Positions 18,680 through 27,430 of a stretch of 64,000 bases of DNA are shown in pieces (positions within the stretch are counted from its first letter, which is position 1; every line of letters begins with the position of its first letter). The notes beneath the pieces were generated by a model. That model was not told the DNA's origin and did no database searches. It worked only from the letters and a program-made list of their open reading frames with translations. Position numbers and translations under genes: made by a program. Source of the stretch: a virus (taxonomy: Duplodnaviria > Caudoviricetes); IMG/VR virus record IMGVR_UViG_3300010052_000143, positions 1,270-65,269 of that record; one strand, given 5' to 3'.

Positions 18680-18942
18680 GAGACGGACTCCGTCTCAGCC
18701 GCGCGCTTATCCAGCCAAAGGCTTTCGGCGATTTGGTCCAGGTCGATCGAACGGAAATAGGTCTCGGCTTTGGCCGGCGTGTCGACTTCCCAGAAACGCG
18801 GGCCCGTGCCGCGTTCGGTAATGCGGCCGTCGACCAGCAGCCGGAGTGACGACTCCTTGTGCTCGCAGCCGACGTAAAGCGATAGCAACAGGCGAAATCC
18901 CATGAGATTGACCGCGCGGCGAAGCGTGTAAGACGTGAACAT
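18676..18942 (-). CDS. Hypothetical protein
   Basis: GAGGGG RBS before ATG 18942. Confidence 0.5.
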   Translation of the reverse strand: MFTSYTLRRAVNLMGFRLLLSLYVGCEHKESSLRLLVDGRITERGTGPRFWEVDTPAKAETYFRSIDLDQIAESLWLDKRAAETESVS

Positions 18943-18953
18943 GGTCGCGCCCC

Positions 18954-19364
18954 TCAAACCGCTTGAATGACTGTGAAGCCGGCCTGTTCGAGCTTGCGGT
19001 CCCAATAGGATCCGCCGCAATCGGACAGTGCGGCGACAAACTTTATCGTGCGTTCGCGGTCAACTTGCGCCAAGGCGATTTCAGTCATGTTGCGCAGGGA
19101 TCCGTCATGGAAGGATGAGACGTCACGCGGCTTGATGCGCGCGACGGCACTCGCAACGGCGGCGCTGCGCTTGTCGTAACCGCCACCAGACGCAAAGCCG
19201 CGGACCATCGGAACACCGATCCAGTGGACATAGGCGTAAAGGCGGCCGGCGCCGTCGCGCGGAAACTTGAAAGCGATTGTCGCGACGCGTTCGCCGTCCT
19301 TCAGGATGACGTAAGCCGAGACGTTCGCGAAAGCGGCGCGGTGCTGTTCATAAATGTCGGTCAT
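18954..19364 (-). CDS. Hypothetical phage protein
   Basis: ORF preceded by TTTCACACATTG + RBS; GGGYDKRSAA motif. Confidence 0.6.
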   Translation of the reverse strand: MTDIYEQHRAAFANVSAYVILKDGERVATIAFKFPRDGAGRLYAYVHWIGVPMVRGFASGGGYDKRSAAVASAVARIKPRDVSSFHDGSLRNMTEIALAQVDRERTIKFVAALSDCGGSYWDRKLEQAGFTVIQAV

Positions 19365-19392
19365 TTTTTTCTCTCAATGTGTGAAATTTGGG

Positions 19393-20193
19393 TTACAGGA
19401 CGGCCGCGCCGGCGGCCTCATTGAAGGCGTCGCGGCAAGCGGCGTCATGGGTATTCCAGCCCGGCAGCCAGTCGGACACATGGTCACCAGCCGCCAACTT
19501 CTCGCGAGAGGCGCGCAATTCGCGGACGGTTTTCAGGTCGTCGGCCACGTCGCTGCGGATGATTTGGCAAAGCCGGTCATAGGTCGCGCCGGCCGCCTCG
19601 CCCACAAAAGCACGCGCCTTGCGGAATTGAGAGATTGCCGCGCGGATCTCGCCGCGTACTTGCTTGATTTCCTGGCCGATCTCCGCCCAGCGATTACCGG
19701 CCGCACAGGCCGCCTGATACTCGCGTTCCGATTCCGCGTGCCATTCGGCAATCTGATCAGCCCAGCGCGCGGCCGTGTTCTGATCGTCCGTCGTGTCGCC
19801 AAAATCCAGCGCGACCGGGCCGCCGGCGTTCGCTTCGCCATTGTCCGCATCATCATAGCCGGCGACGAAAAGCGGCTTGCCGTAACGCGCCGGTAACTGG
19901 AAAACAACGCCGCGGACGATCGACGATTGACCATTGTCAACGTACCATCCGTCGTGCCGGAGGCCGGCCAGGTCGGACGCGTAACCGACAAAACGGAGCC
20001 CGCATTCGGCCGGCTTCTCGAGCCAGCGCATTGCCTTTGCGCCGCGCGCCGTGAACGGCGGATTCCAGCCGAAGGACTGCGGGTAACGCTTTGTGCCCGA
20101 CACGACGTCATGGCGTGCCGCGCCGAGTGCGACACGCGCCGAGCGGCCGGCGTTGCGGTGGAAGCGATAGGCGGAAAGCAGGGACTCGGACAT
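19393..20193 (-). CDS. Hypothetical phage protein (266 aa)
   Basis: ORF preceded by TTTCACACATTG + GAGG RBS. Confidence 0.65.
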   Translation of the reverse strand: MSESLLSAYRFHRNAGRSARVALGAARHDVVSGTKRYPQSFGWNPPFTARGAKAMRWLEKPAECGLRFVGYASDLAGLRHDGWYVDNGQSSIVRGVVFQLPARYGKPLFVAGYDDADNGEANAGGPVALDFGDTTDDQNTAARWADQIAEWHAESEREYQAACAAGNRWAEIGQEIKQVRGEIRAAISQFRKARAFVGEAAGATYDRLCQIIRSDVADDLKTVRELRASREKLAAGDHVSDWLPGWNTHDAACRDAFNEAAGAAVL

Positions 20194-20219
20194 TGGATTT
20201 TCCTCTCAATGTGTGAAAA

Positions 20220-20564
20220 TTAGAACGCGCCATCGCCGATGGCGTCGATGGTGTCGCGTGCCTTGCCAATACCGCCGCAGGACAAGATGTAATCGAACTG
20301 TTCGAGTGCGCGACTTTTGCTGAGTTTGCCGTCCCACGCCGATAGAAGCCGCTCGGCGAGTACGTTGCAGGAATACCCATTGGGGTGAGACGCGATCAGG
20401 ATCGCTACACCAGCATGCGGCCCTTCTAAGCGCGTATAAAACAAACCATGCGTATCAAGGTCGGCCAAGGGTCGCGTTTCGAATGTGCCGTATTTTCCGA
20501 CCTTCGGACGATAGATTTCGGGACTACCGGACGGGAGGATTGATCCGCCAATATGCCGTGTCAT
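20220..20564 (-). CDS. Hypothetical protein
   Basis: Operon context, RBS GAGG. Confidence 0.55.
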   Translation of the reverse strand: MTRHIGGSILPSGSPEIYRPKVGKYGTFETRPLADLDTHGLFYTRLEGPHAGVAILIASHPNGYSCNVLAERLLSAWDGKLSKSRALEQFDYILSCGGIGKARDTIDAIGDGAF

Positions 20565-20575
20565 GTTCAGATTCC

Positions 20576-20791
20576 TCAGTTGCTTGCCGACACGATCGAC
20601 GCGCGGCGGGAGATGAGAGACGGGCGAAGCTTGTTCCGGCAGCGCATGACGCCCGCGATCAGGTCGCGGCGCTTCATGGCGTTGGCGGCGGAAAGCGCAT
20701 GGCGCAAATGCGTGTCGCAGGTCAGCACGAGGCCGCGTCGATGAGCCTGCAGCGCGGACTGAATCGAATAGCGGAAGTCGACGGCTTTCAT
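20576..20791 (-). CDS. Hypothetical protein
   Basis: Operon context. Confidence 0.45.
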   Translation of the reverse strand: MKAVDFRYSIQSALQAHRRGLVLTCDTHLRHALSAANAMKRRDLIAGVMRCRNKLRPSLISRRASIVSASN

Positions 20792-20802
20792 CGGTCCGGC
20801 TT

Positions 20803-20922
20803 CTACAGTTCGAGCCAAGCGCGCTTGGCAGCTATTGCCGCGCGGCGCGTGTCGCGACGAATGCGGCCTTCCGTGCGATTCGCGAACGTGTCGCGGCGAT
20901 TCTGGATTTCCTGCTTTGCCAT
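20803..20922 (-). CDS. Small basic protein (39 aa), absent from ORF track
   Basis: Preceded by TTTCACACATTG + GGGAG RBS. Confidence 0.5.
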   Translation of the reverse strand: MAKQEIQNRRDTFANRTEGRIRRDTRRAAIAAKRAWLEL

Positions 20923-20959
20923 GTGATTTACTCCCAATGTGTGAAAGTTAAGCCGTGGG

Positions 20960-21187
20960 TCAGTTAATCTTTCCAATGGTGACGGCAGTCACCGTCACCT
21001 GCTTCTCGGTTTCGCGAGATAAGAGCTGCTTTCCGATTTTGCGACGTTCGCCGATTGCCCATGTCTCGGCTTGCGCCGACGTGTGGGTTTCATGGTGATA
21101 CGGCGCACTGTCGGCGTAATGCGTTGTTACGCGCCAGTTGCGCGGTGCAGCTGCAAGGGCTGCGAGGCGTTCGGCGATGGTCATCAA
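20960..21187 (-). CDS. Hypothetical protein
   Basis: RBS GGAG, downstream of operator pair at 21209-21255. Confidence 0.55.
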   Translation of the reverse strand: MMTIAERLAALAAAPRNWRVTTHYADSAPYHHETHTSAQAETWAIGERRKIGKQLLSRETEKQVTVTAVTIGKIN

Positions 21188-21312
21188 TCGACTCCGTGTT
21201 GGTAACTTTCACACTAAACGTGAAATTAGAACGGCTGTCAACACGCATTGTGTGATTTTTCGGGGAGGAGGCAGGAAGCCTGACGCCAGTCGTTGGGCTT
21301 CCTGGTATCGCG

Positions 21313-22134
21313 CTAGGTGCGAGCTTCGATCTTGTCGAGCCGTGCGAGTATGGAGTCCATGATGTCGAGCAAGGAGTCGCGGTCTAGCCAATGTTCGACA
21401 GGTTCAGCAGCAATGGCGTTCCTCGGCTGGGGCAGATAGCGCCGGTGTTCCTGGACGTGAACGACCTTCTGATTTCGGCACGCCGCAAACAATTCGACCA
21501 GTTGCTTTCGTACCGTTTCGGCTTTCGCCGCGCCGGATCGATCGCAGAGCGCCAGCGTTTGCGCCTCATTCAGGAAGTAGTCATTTCCGTACTTGCCGCG
21601 CCCAATGTAATTTTCCGCACGGCACGGAATATTGCCGAAGGCGTCAAGCTCGTCGTAATTGCGGGAAACGAGCCGGCGGATATCACCATGATCAGCCTCA
21701 AGCCATTGCGCCAGATCGGCGGCACGGATGCGAGGCACTCCGCCGACGTCGACAACAGCCGTGGCGGGGAGCAACTGCGGCGTCGGCTTATATCCGTGCG
21801 CATAGACGACATCGCCCTTGGTCCGGTATGTCAGGAACAATTCGATGAGCTGCTTTCGCACTTCGATCGCTTTTGCCGTGCGCGACAGCGAGCACAACAC
21901 AAGCGCTTGTCCCTCGTTTAGATAGTAGGCTTTGCCGGGACGACCGCGTCCGGTCAGGTTTTCCGCACGGCACGGAAAATTGCCAAATGCTTCGAGTTCG
22001 TCGCGGTTGCGGGCGATGAGCTCGCGGATGTTGAGCGGCTTCAGGAACCCAAGCCACTTTGCAAGATCCACGTCACGGACTCGCGGCTCGGATTCGACTT
22101 CGATCACTGCGCTGATTGGTATGAGGTTTTGCAT
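21313..22134 (-). CDS. Antirepressor/Rha-like DNA-binding protein with two tandem homologous domains
   Basis: PR(V/I)R..DLA.WL...IR.L..RN.DEL.AFGN.PCRAEN...Y.LNE.Q.L.LC..S..AKA..VRKQL.ELF occurs twice. Confidence 0.7.
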   Translation of the reverse strand: MQNLIPISAVIEVESEPRVRDVDLAKWLGFLKPLNIRELIARNRDELEAFGNFPCRAENLTGRGRPGKAYYLNEGQALVLCSLSRTAKAIEVRKQLIELFLTYRTKGDVVYAHGYKPTPQLLPATAVVDVGGVPRIRAADLAQWLEADHGDIRRLVSRNYDELDAFGNIPCRAENYIGRGKYGNDYFLNEAQTLALCDRSGAAKAETVRKQLVELFAACRNQKVVHVQEHRRYLPQPRNAIAAEPVEHWLDRDSLLDIMDSILARLDKIEART

Positions 22135-22185
22135 TTCAGGCTTCCTTGGTCAGGTTAAGCCCGGTTGCCACGCTTCGAAACATGG

Positions 22186-22261
22186 CGGCCAGGCAACAAC
22201 GGGTTCGAAGACCGGAGGAAGCCACCGGCGAGCCTTACGGCTCCCCATTGCGCCTGACCAT
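22186..22261 (-). ncRNA. C4-like antisense RNA
   Basis: Closing stem TGGTCAGGCGCAATGGG/CCCGTTGTTGCCTGGCC, GAGCC-GTAA-GGCTC hairpin, CCGG-loop-CCGG hairpin, CTTCGAACCCG segment complementary to an upstream target; lies 5' of the antirepressor. Confidence 0.72.
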
Positions 22262-22409
22262 AGAAAAAGCGCCGCGAGGCGGATGTCCCATGGCGCTTGC
22301 GCGCTTCCCATTTGGCGGCTTCGAACCCGCACACCGACTCCGTCAGTGCACGACAAGCTAAGCGCGAAATTGAGTCGCTTGCAAGCCCTTTCATAAACTA
22401 TCTGCAAAG

Positions 22410-22455
22410 TCAATCAATGTGTGAAAAATAAATACCTATTTCACACATTGATTGA
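22410..22455. promoter_or_regulatory. Inverted operator pair upstream of the C4/antirepressor promoter
   Basis: TCAATCAATGTGTGA 22410-22424 and its reverse complement TCACACATTGATTGA 22441-22455. Confidence 0.65.
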
Positions 22456-22549
22456 AAGTATGCTTTGGTGTAGGGCCACCGATGAATTTGTGACCGAATG
22501 AAGCGACACGACGAAAACCTGTCTGGCAGCCCATGTTTGTCTAGGCCAA

Positions 22550-22651
22550 GAGAAATCTGCGCCACGGAGAAATCTATACGGGCGTAAGGGAAAAGGCGAC
22601 CCAGAGAAATCTGCATTCGGTAAGGAGTGCGTGCGCGAGCCGGAGAAATCT
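22550..22651. repeat. Four direct GAGAAATCT repeats
   Basis: Copies at 22550, 22567, 22604, 22643. Confidence 0.7.
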
Positions 22652-22654
22652 GCG

Positions 22655-23044
22655 CTAGAACTCAATTCCGACCGACTTGCAAGATTCCGAGATAGGTCTG
22701 CGCCCATCTTCGTCAGTCAATCTTAGATCAATCACCCGAAACTTTCTCTCGGCGCTGCTCTCGTAGATAAATAGGGTGTTGAACACCGATTTACCGGCAT
22801 AACCGCCGAATGCGTTCTTCGCATTTACCAAGCCGCAAACCATTTTAGCTCCTGGACCACCAGGCTTCGTTGCTTTCATAACTCCAAACTTTGCACTGTC
22901 TGGATCTTTGAGGCGATCCTTTACCGCACTTTCAATGAACGCGCGCTCCTCTTCGGAGAGGTCGTAAGGCTGCGCCCGACCTACACTAGGTGCGAATGCC
23001 GCCAGAAAGGCGCCGCACAAAGCAACGAGAACAGCTTTTCGCAT
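22655..23044 (-). CDS. Secreted hypothetical protein (moron)
   Basis: Signal-peptide-like N-terminus; LKDPDSAKF...VCGLVNAKNAFGGY motif. Confidence 0.65.
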   Translation of the reverse strand: MRKAVLVALCGAFLAAFAPSVGRAQPYDLSEEERAFIESAVKDRLKDPDSAKFGVMKATKPGGPGAKMVCGLVNAKNAFGGYAGKSVFNTLFIYESSAERKFRVIDLRLTDEDGRRPISESCKSVGIEF

Positions 23045-23215
23045 CGACGAAGCCCTCAGAGAAAATCCGAGACAAGCATAGGTCTTGAACCGCGGCAAGG
23101 TGACCCGTTAGCCAAACACCCCTCCGCCTCGATTCCGGAGCCTCAGAGAAAACGCAAAGCCAATTGACTATTACATCCAGGCCGATTCATTTTTCCGCAC
23201 CGCACGGAAAAACCC

Positions 23216-23398
23216 ATGACCAAGCAATCACCCCGCGAACGCGCTGCCCGAGCACTTTGCCGGCTCGATGGCCACTTCGAGAATACGACCTTCGAGGGCA
23301 AGCCTATGTGGCAATCTTACCTGGCGCAGGTCGACGCCGTGCTTCAGGCCGCCCTACCGCCTGACCAATGGGACCGGCTGCGCGATAGCCGGGAATAG
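23216..23398 (+). CDS. Small hypothetical protein (60 aa)
   Basis: SPRERAARALC...PMWQSYL; between repeat copies 1 and 2. Confidence 0.6.
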   Translation: MTKQSPRERAARALCRLDGHFENTTFEGKPMWQSYLAQVDAVLQAALPPDQWDRLRDSRE

Positions 23399-23554
23399 CG
23401 ACCCGCGCCCCTAGCCACCAAACCCCCTCCCCCCCCCCCCTCGATTCCTGGAGCCTCGGGAAAACGCAAAGCCAATTGGCGTCTACCAGCGGCGCCCTCA
23501 TTGCTCTTGGCTCAGTCGCTGTCTATAGAGGAGAAAATACGTGGGGGGACCAGA

Positions 23555-24094
23555 GTGGAAACTGCTTCCGAGCCTAAAGAAACACTTATTCGTCTTCTCG
23601 AAGACAATGGGACATGGGCAGAATTTGAAGCCGATTGGCAGGCTCAATGCGAAAAGTACGATGAAGACTTTGAGTCTTATGCCGAAGCGACATTCTCCGT
23701 CATCAGAGATCTAATACGATCTGAAAAGACAAAAGCCGGTGTTTTCGCGCTGAAAATGAACGGTTCGTTCGTGGCTATGTGCCAAGTGAACAAGGCCGGT
23801 CTACCGAAATACGACAGCCCTGTGATGCGTGTGCGGTTCATGACGCTGTCGCCAGAATTTGACTTGGCGGACAAATCGATTCACGAATATGGAGACGTGC
23901 TGGTTTCGCTGCTTGCGACAGTGCTTCAATTGGCCTACTTCGATCCAGAGCTATCGTGCATGCACATCAAGTTTCATTTGCGTAGCCAAGCGGACCAGCA
24001 GTTTTTTGCGACCCTCGGAAAAGGGTTACAAGATCGTAACCTGTTTCAGTCTATCAAAACTCGCGGCGCGTGGTTATATATCACTCGAAAATAG
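23555..24094 (+). CDS. Lower-GC moron protein, possible GNAT-like fold (track start 23501)
   Basis: GVFALK..GSFVAMCQVN...MRVRFMTLSPEFD strand pattern; AT-richer codons. Confidence 0.55.
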   Translation: METASEPKETLIRLLEDNGTWAEFEADWQAQCEKYDEDFESYAEATFSVIRDLIRSEKTKAGVFALKMNGSFVAMCQVNKAGLPKYDSPVMRVRFMTLSPEFDLADKSIHEYGDVLVSLLATVLQLAYFDPELSCMHIKFHLRSQADQQFFATLGKGLQDRNLFQSIKTRGAWLYITRK

Positions 24095-24155
24095 CGGAAC
24101 CCTTAGGGCTCCGTCGCATTGGGGGAGGACGCGTTCTGTGGAAAGGTCGACGACC

Positions 24156-24293
24156 ATGAATATGAACATCAGGAAAGAACTCCATGAAGCGGTGACGCTT
24201 GCGATCAAGGAGATCGGCCTGGAGAAGTTCAAAAAGACGTCCTTCTTCATGAGCAACGATCGAGGCACCGCTGAGCTGAAACACGCAGCCTAG
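24156..24293 (+). CDS. Small protein (45 aa)
   Basis: MNMNIRKELHEAVTLAIKEIG...LKHAA; terminator follows. Confidence 0.5.
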   Translation: MNMNIRKELHEAVTLAIKEIGLEKFKKTSFFMSNDRGTAELKHAA

Positions 24294-24312
24294 AATCCCT
24301 TTCTGGAGACCT

Positions 24313-24339
24313 AAAGCCCCGGCTAGTCCGGGGCTTTTT
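24313..24339 (+). terminator. Rho-independent terminator
   Basis: AAAGCCCCGG-CTAGT-CCGGGGCTTTTT. Confidence 0.8.
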
Positions 24340-24495
24340 GCATTTTAGGCCTTAGCTTCTCCGGCCACCAAACACCCCTCCCCCTCGATTCCAGCCCCAT
24401 GGAGAAAACGCAAAGCCAAAATATTTTCACACATAGTTTGACTTTCACAGTTTGTGTGATTTATATAGATCATCGAATTGGGAAGGAGCAGTCGG

Positions 24496-24693
24496 GTGAC
24501 CACGAAACCACAGGGCCAGACCAAGCACGCTTCGGAACTTCCGTCGTCTGAGGCACTGATCCGTTTCGCCGAGGGAAAATGCGACCTGCTTCAGGTCGAT
24601 CCGGACGGCCAGAGCGCTCGGTGGATGACCTTCCTCAACGGGCTGAAGCAGCAGATCGCCGACGCCTTCTGCATCCCCACACGTCTGCTGTGA
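24496..24693 (+). CDS. Hypothetical protein, first gene of the rightward accessory operon
   Basis: GGAAGGAG RBS; operator pair at 24427-24459 upstream. Confidence 0.55.
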   Translation: MTTKPQGQTKHASELPSSEALIRFAEGKCDLLQVDPDGQSARWMTFLNGLKQQIADAFCIPTRLL

Positions 24694-24704
24694 AAGGAAC
24701 GACG

Positions 24705-25025
24705 ATGAGTCTCCACAACCGTATTTTCCTCGGCGTGGCCGCAGCCGCTCTGTTCGTCGGATCGTTCGATGCGCCGGCCCATGAAGCCCCTCTCGGTTGG
24801 AACTACCCCCTGTCCTGCTGCTCAAGTTACGACTGCAAGCAGGTGTCCGCCGGCGTCGTGAAGGAAAGCCCGCAGGGCTACGTCATCGATACCGGCGAAG
24901 TGGTCGCCTACTCCGACAAGCGCGTTCGCCAATCGCCCGACGGCGAGTTCCACTGGTGCGCGCATCAGGCCGGCGTCGATGCCGGTCGCACCATTTGCCT
25001 CTTCGTTCCGACGAGGGGTTTCTGA
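24705..25025 (+). CDS. Secreted Cys-rich hypothetical protein
   Basis: Signal peptide; GWNYPLSCCSSYDC...FHWC...ICLFVP. Confidence 0.65.
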   Translation: MSLHNRIFLGVAAAALFVGSFDAPAHEAPLGWNYPLSCCSSYDCKQVSAGVVKESPQGYVIDTGEVVAYSDKRVRQSPDGEFHWCAHQAGVDAGRTICLFVPTRGF

Positions 25026-25192
25026 TGGTGACCATCGCTCAGTTGGAAGAGAACCTGCATCGCGCGGCGGTCGCCGTCGAGGTTGAACGCCATCGCGACG
25101 TCCAGCGGCCGTCGGCAATCGAGGCGGCCGAAAAGTATCACGCCAAGGTCAAGGCCGAACTCGACGCAGCGCGTGCTGCGACGGAGGTCTAA
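25025..25192 (+). CDS. Hypothetical protein
   Basis: TGATG coupling. Confidence 0.5.
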   Translation: MVTIAQLEENLHRAAVAVEVERHRDVQRPSAIEAAEKYHAKVKAELDAARAATEV

Positions 25193-25194
25193 CG

Positions 25195-25494
25195 ATGGCA
25201 CCGCGCTACAGCCGCGTCACCGACAAGTCCGTCGAGTACGGTTTCTGGTTGATATTCGAGGAAGCAGGCGGTGTCCGCCTGACCCGCACCGAGCCGAATA
25301 TCGACCGTGCCGAGCGTTCCATATTCATGCAGGCTTCGCTGCCTCGCTCGCTTTGGCGCACGCCATCGCTTCGCGGCTCGCTCACGATCGCCGATACCGG
25401 GCAGCCGTCGCCATTGATCGACGTGAATGCCGCGTCCGACGCGCTGCAGGCCGTGCTCGGCATCGACATCGATTTGCGGGTCGTCACGCCATGA
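25195..25494 (+). CDS. Hypothetical protein
   Basis: Operon context. Confidence 0.6.
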   Translation: MAPRYSRVTDKSVEYGFWLIFEEAGGVRLTRTEPNIDRAERSIFMQASLPRSLWRTPSLRGSLTIADTGQPSPLIDVNAASDALQAVLGIDIDLRVVTP

Positions 25495-25526
25495 CTCGCC
25501 CTTCAACATCAACAACAGGAGGAAGA

Positions 25527-25727
25527 ATGCTCAACCAGAGAGACCAGGTTTTATATGCGCGCGGCGCGCGGCGCCCGTCCACTCGACCACAGATCGACGG
25601 TGTCCTTTACGATATCGATCCACCGCCGCGGACGTTCACGGCTTTCGGCTGGAAACTCATGCTCGCGATCGCTTTCACCAGTTTCGGCGGTGTCATCGTC
25701 CTTGTGTCTCTGGCGAGGAATAGTTGA
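25527..25727 (+). CDS. Small membrane protein
   Basis: AGGAGG RBS; C-terminal hydrophobic segment. Confidence 0.5.
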   Translation: MLNQRDQVLYARGARRPSTRPQIDGVLYDIDPPPRTFTAFGWKLMLAIAFTSFGGVIVLVSLARNS

Positions 25728-26425
25728 TGGGCAACGACGTGAAAGGGCTAGGTGAACCGGCCTATGGCGAAGAGCCTCGGTTCGAGGAGAACGCCGGCAC
25801 TTCCCGGCCCGCGCTTCCTGGAGAGCTAGGGTCGGACGGTAAAGAATGGGCGAAGACACAGGCTGGATTCGCACACGTCGATGCCGTGAAGCCTCGTGCC
25901 GACGCTTATTTTGGAATCTCTCCGCTATGGCACGGTTGGGCGATTAGAGAAGCATTCGTTGCCGGCGCAGAATGGCAAGAAGCTCGCACGTCCGCAGCCC
26001 TTCCCGGAGAGGGAGAGACCGAGACCAGGAAGGCGCTGGACGCGGCACGAGAGCAGCAGATTGATCGTGTTGCTCGATATCTGCGTGAGACAATGCAGGC
26101 CGGGAAAAACCTCACGCATTGGGAGGTAACGAACAAGTCGACCAAGAAGAAGTGGATTGCCCTCGCAACCGGCGCGCTCAAATCAGCCGCTCTAGCGTCA
26201 GAAGACGTGCAGGGGTGGCGGACGGACATGACGACCGTGCCAAAGGACGGCAGCCCGCTCATGATCTGGGTGGTGGACGGCATCATGCAGCCGCACTGTT
26301 TCGCGCCGATCAGCATCACCGAAAATGGCGCCTGGTGGGACGATGCCACGGGCGATCAGATTGCGCCGATCAAAGGCGCAACCGCGTGGCAGCCCGCCCC
26401 TCCAGCCCCGGAGACACAGCCATGA
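25727..26425 (+). CDS. Hypothetical phage protein with DUF551-like C-terminus
   Basis: WRTDMTTVPKDGS...TAWQPAPPAP. Confidence 0.55.
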   Translation: MGNDVKGLGEPAYGEEPRFEENAGTSRPALPGELGSDGKEWAKTQAGFAHVDAVKPRADAYFGISPLWHGWAIREAFVAGAEWQEARTSAALPGEGETETRKALDAAREQQIDRVARYLRETMQAGKNLTHWEVTNKSTKKKWIALATGALKSAALASEDVQGWRTDMTTVPKDGSPLMIWVVDGIMQPHCFAPISITENGAWWDDATGDQIAPIKGATAWQPAPPAPETQP

Positions 26426-26640
26426 ACGGTCTTGCAGAATTGATGATGCGTTGGCGGAAGCGTGACGAAACGCTTGACCGCGGCACATGGCTTGGAGTTC
26501 GCGAAATCGCCGGCCGAGTTCGGCAGCCGGTGAAAGCTACCCGCGCCGAACTGGCCTCACTTGTTGAGGCCGGGCAGATCGAGCGCATGGAGTTCACTAA
26601 CGGCATCGCATGGCGTGGCAACCCGGAGACACGGACATGA
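26422..26640 (+). CDS. Small winged-HTH-like protein
   Basis: VREIAGRV....ATRAELASLVEAGQIER. Confidence 0.45.
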   Translation: MNGLAELMMRWRKRDETLDRGTWLGVREIAGRVRQPVKATRAELASLVEAGQIERMEFTNGIAWRGNPETRT

Positions 26641-26927
26641 CCCGCGCCGAATATTTGCTCGCCTGCCTGGCGGAAGAATGTGACGAGGTTGGGCAGCGCA
26701 CGATGAAGGCGCTGCGGTTCAGCTTGCAAGAAGTGCAAGCCGGCCAGTCGCTCAACAATGCTCTCCGGATCGCTGCCGAGTTGAAGGATCTGATCGCCGT
26801 GGCAACCCTCTGCCATCAGGAGGGACTGCTGCCCTACTTCAAGCCTTGCGAGGAAGAGTATCAGGCCAAAGTTGCGAAGATCGAGAAATTCATGGCGATC
26901 TCTCGCGAGACAGGTGCGCTGTCATGA
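26637..26927 (+). CDS. MazG-like nucleotide pyrophosphohydrolase
   Basis: LAEECDEV...IAAELKDL acidic helix motifs. Confidence 0.6.
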   Translation: MTRAEYLLACLAEECDEVGQRTMKALRFSLQEVQAGQSLNNALRIAAELKDLIAVATLCHQEGLLPYFKPCEEEYQAKVAKIEKFMAISRETGALS

Positions 26928-27430
26928 GCGGGCTGGAGCGAGCGCTGGACGACATCGCCGTGCAGATTGGTGCGGAAGTCCGCCGCAGAAACCGGGTTGG
27001 CGTTGACGGCGAACGCGGGGCGATATCCGCGTCTTGCGAAATGGCTGCGGCCACGCTCGTGCTGTCTGCCCTGGCGGATACGCCATCCGCCATCCGCGCC
27101 TATCTCACTGCCGTAGGGCCGGCCGGGACGGTGGAGGTGAAGCCGCTCGTTTGGCTCGGAATGGCCAAGGATCACTGTTACGCACGGTTCGACGGTGAGA
27201 TCACGTATACCGTAATGCAGGACAACACAGAGCCATTCCCTTGGTCGCTCAAACGCGGTTCAATTCTCGTCGGGCACTATCGGGACGAAGAGGCTGCTAG
27301 AGCAGCAGCCCAAGTTGACCATGAAGCTCGTATCCGTTCCGCCCTCATCCCCGCCCTCGCGCGCAATGCCGAGATTCGAGGAGAAGATGATCGCAGCGGA
27401 CCTGGCCTACAGCGCGCTCGACTTGGCTGA
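26924..27430 (+). CDS. Hypothetical protein
   Basis: ATGA coupling. Confidence 0.5.
   Translation: MSGLERALDDIAVQIGAEVRRRNRVGVDGERGAISASCEMAAATLVLSALADTPSAIRAYLTAVGPAGTVEVKPLVWLGMAKDHCYARFDGEITYTVMQDNTEPFPWSLKRGSILVGHYRDEEAARAAAQVDHEARIRSALIPALARNAEIRGEDDRSGPGLQRARLG

Larger units (their letters stand above)
23111..24419. repeat. Three copies of a ~55-bp repeat (23111-23166, 23414-23478, 24364-24419) flanking gene cassettes
   Basis: Shared CCAAAC(A/C)CCCCTCC..CCTCGATTCC..GAAAACGCAAAGCCAA. Confidence 0.85.
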
